From Octopus vulgaris (lineage: Eukaryota), in NCBI GenBank assembly GCA_951406725.2, contig OX597824.1:21824001-21888000 (forward strand): a DNA stretch of 64,000 bases, given 5' to 3'. The notes beneath the pieces are model-generated. The model was not told the origin of the DNA. It worked only from the letters and a program-made list of their open reading frames with translations, and did not search any database. This document shows positions 53,669 through 64,000 of this stretch, in pieces (the stretch's first letter is position 1; each line of letters begins with the position of its first letter). The translations under genes and the position numbers were made by a program.

Positions 53669-54080
53669 AGGCGGCGAGCTGACAGAACCGTTAGTAATGC
53701 CGGGCGAAATGCTTAGCTGTATTTTGTCTGCCGTTACGTTCTGAGTTCAAATTCCGCTGAGGTCGACTTTGCCTTTCATCCTTTCAGGGTCGATAAATTA
53801 AGTACCAGTTACGCACTGGGGTCGATATAATCGACTTAATCCGTGTGTCTGTCCTTGTTTGTCCTCTCTGTGTTTAGCCCCTTGTGGGTTGTAAAGAAAT
53901 AGGTATTTCATCTGCCGTTACATTCTGAGTTCAAATTCCGCTGAGGTCAACTTAGCCTTTCAGAGTCAATAAATTAAGTACCAGTTACGCACTGGGGTCG
54001 ATATAATCGACTTAATCCGTGTGTCTGTCCTTGTTTGTCCTCTCTGTGTTTAGCCCCTTGTGGGTAGTAAAGAAATAGGT
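53669..54080 (+). mobile_element. SINE family B dimer inserted in an older SINE
   Basis: Head ggcggcgagctg plus two units. Confidence 0.85.
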
Positions 54081-54853
54081 AACATGCAATGGAACTGAAC
54101 CCAGAACCATGTGGTTAGAGAACACACTTCTTCCTGCACAGCCATGCCTATGCCTACTCTTCCATCTTTATGCTAACTCTTGAGGAAATCCCCAAAGAGT
54201 TCAGGCAGTTCTTTTAATGTTGGCAAGGTTCATATGCCTATGATCTGTCTTGTACAGACAACTCTAAGAATTATTAAAAATAAAAAAAATAAAATAAAGA
54301 AATAAAAAGGAACAAAACTAGAATTCAAAGACTTGACGGTGAACACGGGCAAGTACAAAATACTGTTTAGGAGAAGGAATACAAAACGCGAAGTGAACAT
54401 CATAAAAGTGGTATTACCTGATGTGGAGCAGGTGAGTGGGGGGGTGGGGGTGGATGGTTAAGAACTGAGCAGAAGATTGTCAATGAAAGCAATGAGTTCA
54501 CAAAGAAATGCAAGTTGAATCTTGAGATATTTTCAAAGAATTTCAATGCATCCCTTTCAGTGTGCCAGAAAAATATGAATGGTTTAATCACTGATTGATC
54601 ACTATATTTTTGAGGACATGTCATTTAGGTTTGAAGTGGAGGAGCCCAGTGGTAGGAATAATCGGCTGACGTTTAGAGAGAAGGTAGCAGGAACCGTTTT
54701 TGAAAACAACTTCCTTTGCTTCAAACAAAGGATTTCTTTTTCTCTTGTAAAAAGAGCAGACTAAAATGAAAATATATGTAGAACAAGTACGATGTTGCAT
54801 GATAATAAAACATGGCTGAACGAACAACAGAGAAGATACGCATACATACAAAC

Positions 54854-54892
<39 letters not shown>

Positions 54893-54910
54893 TTGTTAAA
54901 TCATATAATA

Positions 54911-54943
<33 letters not shown>

Positions 54944-54993
54944 TTGTTAAATCATATAAATATATATATATGTATGTATGTATGTATTATATC

Positions 54994-55037
<44 letters not shown>

Positions 55038-55350
55038 AAAAGTTGGATTTGAAAAGCTTTACAAGTATTGCTGAATATCAGTGGAATAAGAAAAATGACT
55101 GGATTGACAAATTATGAGAAAGTGCTGACTATACTGATACTACTGATACAATAACCATCATCATAGTCGTTTGGTGGTCTTTTTACAAGCTGGCATAGGT
55201 TAGATGGTTTGGCATGAACTGATGAGACAGAAGGTGGTACCAGTTTCCAATGTCTGCTTTGAGCATGGTTTCTACAGCTGGATGCTCTTCCTGTTGCCAA
55301 CCACTTCTTATTTTTATTGCCCACAAGGGGCTAAACATAGAGGGGATGCA

Positions 55351-55545
55351 TCTTTTTTGTCAGCAAGCAGGTCATGGTCTCAAAGCGATGAAAATATTTT
55401 GGCAAATTAAATTTAAATGTTGAAGTGAATCTAAAGGTTTTAGTGTGTTTCTTAAATGGCTTATAAACACCTTCCACGCTGCAATTGTTTTCGTTCCAGC
55501 ACACAATCTCAGATCAGCTCACTTGCTATGCAAGTACATCCCTGA
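55351..55545 (+). mobile_element. ~190-bp dispersed repeat (hammerhead-like remnant), inverted relative to the 57775 copy
   Basis: Reverse complement of 57775-57965. Confidence 0.6.
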
Positions 55546-55701
55546 GTATTATTAGAAATTAATTAAAAGAATTGTTGAAACATTTTGTGTATTGTGGAAG
55601 TACAACCAATTTTATTGCACATAAATTTTAACAACAAAATCTTATATGAACATTGTTGATAACCACTGTGTCAGAAGATGAATTGTAGCAGGTATAGGTT
55701 T

Positions 55702-55741
<40 letters not shown>

Positions 55742-56093
55742 TATATGAATGATAGATGATGTAGTAGAGACATGCAGCTGTTTTGTAGTTGAAGATTCCA
55801 AGGTAAACTTAGACTGAACTTAAGTCTCATAAAAAGCCAGGTGATATTTCCGTTGAAACATGATGGAGTTCTGTATAGTAAGATCCATCCAACTGAACCT
55901 GGCAGGTAACATTTTTTAAATCTAATTTCTTATGCTTCTCATATAAAAGGTGGCAATCATTTAACAAATTTCACTAATAACTATTAAGAAACAGATGAAG
56001 CTTACAGGAAGTTAATGAGGAAAGTAGCAGATTTTTCTAATAGAATAAACAAGGCACAGGTATGGCTGTGTGGTTAAGAAGTTCACTTTACAA

Positions 56094-56324
56094 CCAGTTT
56101 GCTGGACATTGTTGTGGAGCTGAAAACGAGGTAATTTCTACTCTTCTCCTCTGGAAGCCATCTGCTCGCGATATCAGAGGGCGCACGCTCTCCTACCCTG
56201 ATGTAATCTCCAGGGATACAGGCATCCAGCAACAGGACCTCCGTAATGCTATGATGGACTGTGAAGTCTGGCGTAACATAGTAAATTCCATTGTCTCGAC
56301 CACGGTCAAACAATGATGATGATG
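56094..56324 (+). mobile_element. RTE-like LINE 3' end with (GAT)n tail
   Basis: QFAGHCCGAENEVISTLLLWKPSARDIRGRTLSYPDVISRDTGIQQQDLRNAMMDCEVWRNIVNSIVSTTVKQ*, then tgatgatgatg. Confidence 0.8.
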
Positions 56325-57366
56325 TGTCATTGTATTTGTGCTTACCCCCTCCCACTGCTTGACAACTGGTGTTGTTTTATTTATGACCTGATAACTGAAT
56401 AGTTTGGCAAAAGAAATTGATAGAATGAGTGTCAGACTAAAAAATAAGTACTAGTGTTTAACTAAATCCTTCAAGGCAATGCCCTAGCATGGCCACAGTC
56501 CAATGTCTGGAGCAAAGTAAAAAGATCAAAACGTTATTATAAATACTTATATTTGTGATCACAAAGAAGTGTTAAAGTGCATTTCAAATCAGTAATAACC
56601 ACCATTTTCTTCTGAAGAATTCTCTACTTGCCTAATTAATAAATAATTGAATAAATGAATAAATAGATCAATAAATACAATTCTAAATTCATTAATTTGC
56701 TGTCAATGGCTAAATAAAAATTCAAATTGCAATACAAGTTGAAGAGGCAGTAATGCTTCTGCTCCAAATTTGTTTGAGACTTGAAACTTCTGGGAAGAAC
56801 TAAAGACCTGGCCATAAGGACTATGTCTCAGGACAAGTTTAGTAAAGCAGTTTGTATTCCATTTGGAATTTGGTTCTACATTGAAAATAATATTTCACTG
56901 GAACCCTAAATTCATTATTCCAGCATGCAAACAATGGACCATACATGGTATCGGAAAGACAAGGATTGCAATTACTATCATAAGTAACTGCAGTACTATA
57001 TTTGATGTTGTTGTTGTTGTTGTTAAGCAACAAGATGGGTAAGGGTGATTAGATGATGGTCTAGGGCTTAGGGGGGCAGGAGACCCCAGACCTTGGAAAA
57101 AAAAAACTTTGGTTGTCTTGCTGTAATCGAGGGCTCTTCGTTGATGCCCGACACCACTGGGAGGTGGTCCTCGAAGTCTCTGGAAATGGAGATCTCCAGG
57201 TCCAAATAATTGAACAGCACTATATTTGACAGCATGTGAAATGACTTTTTTTCCCCTCAAAAAAAAAAAATCACCCTAATTCCTAAATGTGGTACTAGTC
57301 CTCTCATAAGCTTTAACATAATAATTTCATTTCTTTTCCCTGAATCTCTCTTTTTCTCTCTCAAAA

Positions 57367-57560
57367 GATTCAAGGACCAACACAAACCAACACTGAAAGC
57401 CACTGGAATTGAGCTTAAATCGTTTGAAACACAAGCCTGGGAATGTACCAAGTGACAGCATTCCATCGACATTGGAACCAAAAACTTTGAAGGCACCAGA
57501 AGAGAAAAGGAAGAAATCAAATGACAGGAGGGAAAGGCTCAACAAAATCAACCTTTCCCT
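57367..57560 (+). mobile_element. Degenerate RTE-like LINE ORF2 C-terminal fragment
   Basis: RFKDQHKPTLKATGIELKSFETQAWECTK*QHSIDIGTKNFEGTRREKEEIK*, resembling RTE RFKDxLKxxLKxxGI...WExxAxDRxxWR; contains in-frame stops. Confidence 0.6.
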
Positions 57561-57732
57561 CCACCAACATTGTGTTCAGCAAAGAAGAAAATAAATACTT
57601 TGATAAGAGATAAAGCTGATGACAACACACACACACACACACACATGTATATAAATATATGTGTGCATATATATATCAATATGTGTGTCTATGTATATGT
57701 GTGTGTGTGTGTGTATACATATACATGTGTGT

Positions 57733-57774
<42 letters not shown>

Positions 57775-57965
57775 CGGATATGTACTCGCATAGCAAGTGA
57801 CCTGATTTGAGATTGTGTGCTGAAACAAAAACAATTGCAGTGTGGAAGGTGTTTAAAAACCATTTAAAACACACACAAAAATCGTTAGATTCACTTCAAC
57901 ATTTTAATTAGCCAAAATATTTTCGTTGCTTTGAGACCGTGACCTGTTCACTGACAAAATTCCAT
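57775..57965 (-). mobile_element. ~190-bp dispersed repeat (hammerhead-like remnant)
   Basis: Minus strand TTGTCA-GTGAACAG-GTCAC-GGTCTCAAA-GCAAC-GAAA-ATAT-TT-TGGC; adjacent to (TA)n. Confidence 0.6.
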
Positions 57966-58001
57966 GACAGAGAAAGAGAGAGAGAGATGCATATATGTAT
58001 A

Positions 58002-58420
58002 TACTGTAGTTGACATATATAGGATGCACTTTTTTTCAAAAAATACTGGGTAAGACCCTGAATTCTGTATGCAAATTTGGGCATCTCACAAGTTTTAACA
58101 CACTGAAAACTGTTTTCCCTGAATATGTGCTGCTGAAATCAGGATGCTTCTAATATCCTTACTACTAAAGACACAAGGCCTGAAATTTGGACGGAGGGGA
58201 CTATTTGATTGCATCAACCGTAGTGCTCCACTGGTACTTAATTTATCAACCCCGAAAAGATGAAAGGCAAAGTTGACCTCGGCAGAATTTGAACTCAGAA
58301 CACAAGGACAGGTGAAATGCCGCTAAATATTTTGCTCGGCATGGTAACGATTCTGCCAGCTTGCTGCCTTAAGGATGCATCTAATATATCCTTGCATCTT
58401 TTATGTCACTGAATACAGTA
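58002..58420. mobile_element. Degenerate Tc2-like MITE split by a family-B SINE
   Basis: TACTGTAG.TGACATATATAGGATGCA ... TGCATCTTTTATGTCAC..AATACAGTA inverted ends; SINE at 58160-58372. Confidence 0.45.
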
Positions 58421-59276
58421 ATTATATATATTTATGTATAATATATATTTACGTCATTGAAAAGCACCCACTACACTCTCGGAGTGGTTGGCGTTAGGAA
58501 GGGAATCCAGCTGTAGAAACTCTGCCAGATCAAGATTGGAGCCTGGTGCAGCCATCTGGTTTGCCAGCCCTCAGTCAAAATCGTCCAACCCATGCTAGCA
58601 TGGAAAGCGGATGTTAAATGATGATGATGATGACGATGATGATGAATGCAGAATTCATAATTAATTTTATAAAGAAAAGAAACATCAGCAAACTTTTTAA
58701 TATCTGAAAAATCTCACTTTATGGCTGCGAGGTGCAAGTTCACCTAACTTTTTAAGGCTGAAATCAGTTAAGAAACATAATGAAGATGACAACAATCTAA
58801 GTTGGTGACCTAAGTAGAATGAGTTGCAAAGTTTTAAGAAGGTGAGTGGAAATGAGAAGCATCAGGTGTTCTTTGCACAAAGACAATATCATTGGCATTG
58901 TGATAAGAATAGATAACGAGTTACTTGTTGACAACTTGTAGTAGATACAGACCAAAGAAGAGCTGAAGGAAATTAATTAGGATTTGATGAATGGGAATGC
59001 AAATAAAGTGAGAAGATGAATGAATGTTAGATGACAGAGACAGAAAGGGGGACTATTTTTGCGGGTTGTGGTATGAAGGTAAATTTTTCTAAAAGCAGTA
59101 ACATTGCTGCTATGAATCATGAAACTTGTCACACATGTTGTACGTACATTCTCCCATTCAGTCTCAGTAACACTTCCTACATGTTGTTAGCATGCTACCC
59201 TCTCTACTCCACATGCAGTTTCAGTATTTTTTGGCTTTGTTCGTGAAGGCATTTATAAAGTGTATTATGTGTGTGA

Positions 59277-59315
<39 letters not shown>

Positions 59316-59326
59316 AAGTCTATGTA

Positions 59327-59376
<50 letters not shown>

Positions 59377-59835
59377 GTATATGTGTGTGTATATATATGT
59401 GTGTGTGTGTATGTACACACATACACTTTACAAGTACCTTCATGAACAAAGTCAAGATATATCATCATCATCATCATCATCACCGTTTAATGTCTGCCTT
59501 CAATGCTGGCATGGATGGAACAATTTGACAAGAGCTGGTCAGGTAGAAACCTGCGCTAGACTTCTGTAACTGTTTTGGCAGAATTTTTACAGCTGGATGC
59601 CCAACCAGAGAGAGAGAGAGGGGGGAGACAGCAGGACAGAGATGGTGGCAAAGCGCCAAGCATACTCACAAGGGATGGGGATCAGAATATAAATGGGATG
59701 GTTGAGTAAAGGAAGAGAGAGATATAAATGATGGCAAGTGCCAGGGGATACCCTTGAAGTTCGAACACCATAATATATCTACTGATTCACTAGAAGTGAT
59801 AAATGACACGACTCCATACAAATGTAGAGTATTCT

Positions 59836-60064
59836 TTAACCCTTTAGTGTTCACATTATTCTGCCAAAATTAATGCTTCTTCATCCACATTGTTTTGAAC
59901 TAATCATGCATTATCTTGTAGCTATGAGATTTTGATGAGGTAGCTGTTCATTTTTAAGATGATATTGTAGGGTTGGTGTGAGAGACCAGATCTGGCTAGT
60001 TTGAACATAAAACAGGTAGAATACTTTTGGCTGGATATGGCCGGTTTAAATGCTAAAGGGTTAA
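59836..60064. mobile_element. piggyBac-like MITE, family 2
   Basis: TTAA-CCCTTTAG ... CTAAAGGG-TTAA. Confidence 0.75.
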
Positions 60065-61141
60065 AACATTATAACAGAAAGATTCTGGCTTCCAATACTC
60101 AGAGTTGCTCATTTCCAATCATCAGCTAGTAAACTGAGCCTGGCTTTCTTTTGAATATCTACTGTGTGAAAATGCTTTGAAATATGAAATGAAAGCTTGA
60201 AGGAAATACTTATTTTCAATTTCTTATGTTTAAAAGCCTCTGCGAATGATATGTACAAAACCAGCTGCTTCAGACTTTCCTTTCATACTTCATAAAAATA
60301 TTTACAGTGGGTATTCAAACTCTGACCACTGTATGTATGTATGTATGTATGTATGTATGTATATATGTGTGTGTGTGTGTGTGTGTATGCTTGTATGTAT
60401 GTATCATATACTGAGTATGATACACAGATAGCTAATTTAATTTAATACTGCCTCTATTGCATACACTGGATTTTTATTCAGCTGGGCAGCTATTTGCAAC
60501 ACCAGTGAATGCTTTATTCAAATTTTCCTATATTGCAGGCAATGAATTAAAGTCCCAATGTGGTTGGCTATAAGTACACATCATTGAAAAAGCCCAAGAA
60601 GGTCAAAATGCAGTTGGCTTTCTCACTAGTCACTGCTGGGACAAGTTTTTGTCACCCGCTAATATTTATCGTGCTTTTAACAGTCTGTCCATAATAGATG
60701 CTATCTCTGGACAAATAATGCAGTAACAGGCCTATTGACAGTGTATATACATTAAATATGATACACAGTCAAGTGTGTGTGTGAGTGTGTTCTAAGTTTG
60801 AGTGATACCAGTACTATAGTTATATTATATTTCATCACTAACTCTATTGTTCTGTGCCTGGGGTTTTATGGTTCCTCACCAACGATATATTTTAAAAAGG
60901 ACTATCAAATACTTGAATCTGCTGTTCGCTTCACCCACCCGCATGAGTAAGACCTTGAAAAAAAGATGAATAGAAATGTCTACCCTGGATGAATAAGTAC
61001 TGTAAGTGATTTGAATTTAAATCAACGAAGTGCATATAACAGCTATATCAAAAGACACGGGGGACACTTCTTCAGCGGAAACATGTCGGATTGAAGTTTG
61101 ATGAGAATAATAATGTAACAAAAAATTTTGAAAATTCTTTT

Positions 61142-61528
61142 CTTTTATTTGTTTCAGTCATTTGACTGTGGCCATGCTGGAGCATCGCCTTTAGTCGAGC
61201 AAATCGACCGCGGGACTTATTCTTTGTAAGCCTAGTACTTATTCTATTGGTCTCTTTTGCCGAACCGCTAAGTTACGGAGACGTAAACACACCAGCATCA
61301 GTTGTCAAGCGATGTTGGGGGGACAAACACAGACACACAAACATATACACACATATACATATATACGACGGGCTTCTTTCAGTTTCCATCTACCAAATCC
61401 ACTCACAAGTCTTTGGTCGGCCCGAGGCTATAGTATAAGACACTTGCCCAAGGTGCCACGCAGTGGGACTGAACCCGGAACCATGTGGTTCGTAAGCAAG
61501 CTACTTACCACACAGCCACTCCTACGCC
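61142..61528 (-). mobile_element. SINE family A
   Basis: Full-length reverse copy. Confidence 0.85.
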
Positions 61529-61754
61529 TGTATAATTCTCCAGTCTTCTTTATAATGTCTTGATTATTATATACTCTGTACGCTGTACAAAATCCAATTA
61601 AACGAATTCAGGATTTACCCATCGACTGAAGTAGCATTTAATTCATGTGGCAATAAATATTACTGTATAGTTACTACTTTCATCTCTTATTGAAATGTTC
61701 TAACTAGCTGCTTTGCTTGTTGCAAGATCAGTGACTGACTGTCACTTAGTTTTC

Positions 61755-61898
61755 TATATATTGCAAGGTGGAGCGTATTCCTGCTATCTCTAGCAGTCAG
61801 TATTCACCACTGAAGATGGGCACAAAAAGCTCAAAGCCGTTCAGTATGGTGATCTGCTAGAAGATGGTAGGGATTAGCTCCCCTGGTTGCAATATATA
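61755..61898 (+). ncRNA. Degenerate type I hammerhead with extended (~50-bp) stem I
   Basis: Nested pairings TATATATTGCAA/TTGCAATATATA, GAGC/GCTC, ATTCCTGCTATCT/AGATGGTAGGGAT, CTAGCAG/CTGCTAG and TCACCA/TGGTGA enclose CTGAAGA-T-GGGC-ACAAAAA-GCTC-AAAG(for GAAA)-C-CGTTCA-GT-A. Confidence 0.55.
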
Positions 61899-62212
61899 CC
61901 AGGTGCAGCTTGCCCAGATAACCAGCTGGCAGAGGCTCTGCCTGGGGTTAAACAGTAGTAATGTCAAACAGCCATACTGTTGAGGCTATAAACATTATTT
62001 CTCAGTATAATTAGTATTTTTGTCTCTTATTTAGATTTTCTAACTAGCTACTTTGCTTACCATTTAATTGTTTATCGTAAATGATTCTGTTTATCGTAAA
62101 CGATTCATTATCATTCAATATGATTAGCCAGATCTGGATGATATCAGAGTGCTAATAAGGTACCTGGCTGGATTCCTAATCCTTATTCCTTTATACTATA
62201 TGTATGTATATA

Positions 62213-62292
<80 letters not shown>

Positions 62293-62608
62293 CAAGTGGT
62301 GATGTGCTGTAGATCAGCACTGGTTATAAGACAGCAACACAGCTTATAATATTGCCTTCAGTTAATTTATCAGACAAGACAATACAGTGTCTAAGAAACT
62401 ATTTTCAATTTAATTTCTTTTTCAGAAAATTCATGAAAATTAGTAGTAAACATTAACCATTCAAAACAACACAGACAGCACAAACCTTACAAGTTGCATT
62501 TCTCATATATAATAACTTCATTATACACACACAAACGTGCGTGTGTGTGAGTGTGTGTGTGTGTGTATACCCTTGTCTAGACATTACGTGATCATTGTAC
62601 ACAAGCTG

Positions 62609-63098
62609 GTGCAGGCGTGGTTGTGTGGTAAGAAGCTGACTTCTCAACCACATAGTCCCAGGTTCAGTTCTACTGCAGGGTATGCGTCTTCTACTATAGC
62701 CTTGGGCCAACCAAGACTTTGTGAGATTTGGTAGATAGAAACTGAAAGAAGTTCATCACATATGTATGAGTGTGTGTGTGTGTGTGTATATATATGTATT
62801 TATAAATTAAATTAGAGATAAAATTTTTTATCTCTAATTTAATTTATATTTATACTGTAAAGTTAGATTTAATCCTAAATCTAATTTTTCCCTGTAAGTT
62901 TGGATTTACTCCCTAATAATATCATTATATATATATGTATGTATGTATGTGTGTGTATATATATGCGTGTGTGTGTGTGTATGTGTCTGTCTGTATTTGT
63001 CCCCTACCATTGCTTGACAACTGGTGTTGGTGTGTTTATGTTCCCATAACCTAGCGGTTCGGCAAAGAGACTGATAGAATAAGTACCAAGCTTAAAGA
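62609..63098 (+). mobile_element. SINE family A with a palindromic insert
   Basis: Head and partial tail; insert at ~62800-62925. Confidence 0.7.
62801..62848. repeat. Perfect 23-bp-arm hairpin palindrome
   Basis: TATAAATTAAATTAGAGATAAAA-TT-TTTTATCTCTAATTTAATTTATA, at the start of an insert in the microsatellite spacer of a SINE. Confidence 0.85.
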
Positions 63099-63282
63099 AA
63101 AGGCAGAAGTTCGTCATTACCTTCTGCCGGAGCCACATGGAGCTAAGGTGTTTCACTCATAAACACACACATCACCCAGTCTGAGATTTGAAACCGTGAT
63201 CTCTTGACTGCAAGTCTGCTGCTCTAACCACTAGGCCATGTGCCTCCACCAACACAACATTGGTGAACAAATATTTTTTAAA

Positions 63283-63517
63283 GTGATATCATGTTGTCAA
63301 CTTAATGTGACAGTCCCATGAAAGGGAAGAATGCTACTGTTATTTAGCCCTAGGAAACACTGTTTCCTGTTGGACTTGACGCATTTCCTGTGTCCTTATG
63401 TTTTCAAAGTGGAGACAAGCACCTCCACCCAGCAAAACAAGCATCCAGAGACTAGTTTCAGAGTCATTGCTCATCATCAGTTTGGAGTATCACATTAAGT
63501 TGACAACATGCCATCAC
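63283..63517. mobile_element. ~235-bp element with inverted ends carrying a hammerhead motif
   Basis: Perfect 21-bp inverted repeat CATGTTGTCAACTTAATGTGA (63290-63310 / 63490-63510), extendable to 28 bp with 2 mismatches. Confidence 0.6.
63443..63487 (-). ncRNA. Minimal type I hammerhead ribozyme motif
   Basis: Minus strand: TCCAAA-CTGATGA-T-GAG-CAATGA-CTC-T-GAAA-C-TA-GT-C-TCTGGA. GUC triplet, palindromic stem III ACTAGT, U.U at the base of stem II. Confidence 0.65.
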
Positions 63518-63721
63518 ATTATCATGCTGCTACTGCATAAATATCTCTGAGAGATTAAGAAATATATTATTTCTAAATATCTTTTATTTGTGGCTTAAGA
63601 AGGTTACCAATGGTTTCATGTTAAGAGGGATCACTTTACAATTTTCAAATACGTCACATAGGAACATTGGTACTTGTCTTCATTTACATGAAACCATTGT
63701 TAACTCAAAAATTAAGTATAT

Positions 63722-64000
63722 ATCATCATGATCATCATTTAATGTCTGTTTTCTATGCTGGTATGGGTTGGATGGTTTGATTGAAAACTGGTAAGCTGAA
63801 AGGCAACACCAGGTTCCATTCTGATTTAGCATGGTTTTTATGGCTGGATGCCCTTCCTAATGCCAACCACTCCAAGAGTGTAGTGGATGCTTTTTACGTG
63901 CCACTGGCACAGGTGCCAGTTATGAGACAGCGGCATCGGCCATGACTATGATCTTACTTGGCTTGACAGGTCTTCTCAAGCACAGTATATCGCCAAAGGG
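63722..64000 (-). mobile_element. SINE family C (runs off the window)
   Basis: Homology. Confidence 0.75.

Noticed and set aside
57327-57551. Minus ORF with a hydrophobic start and NVDGML, as a possible C16orf89 first exon
   Set aside because: It is the antisense of an RTE fragment and has no suitable phase-1 donor after the motif.

Overview
AT-rich, microsatellite- and SINE-saturated eukaryotic genomic DNA. Repeat content and gene structure are most consistent with an octopus (coleoid cephalopod); this is an inference from pattern recognition. Only two protein-coding exons are well supported, both on the minus strand (22605-22342 and 9117-8945, compatible phases, ~13.2 kb intron). Together they encode the middle of a C16orf89/UPF0764 (DUF4735) homolog; flanking exons were not found in the window. 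The rest is intronic or intergenic: about five SINE-like families (some as head-to-tail multimers), 5'-truncated LINE remnants (R4/Dong-like RLE element in (TAA)n, three RTE-like, two CR1/Jockey-like), TTAA-flanked piggyBac-like MITEs, a 171-bp tandem array and a 31-bp minisatellite. The most notable signal is a set of unrelated short elements, often with inverted or palindromic ends and often in microsatellites, that carry type I hammerhead-ribozyme motifs: one canonical (8384-8474, in the sense of the host pre-mRNA), one near-canonical (63443-63487) and several degenerate. They resemble Penelope-like pLTR/retrozyme derivatives. Almost all ORFs in the supplied track are microsatellite or repeat artefacts. 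Repeat boundaries are approximate and SINE family letters are my own labels.
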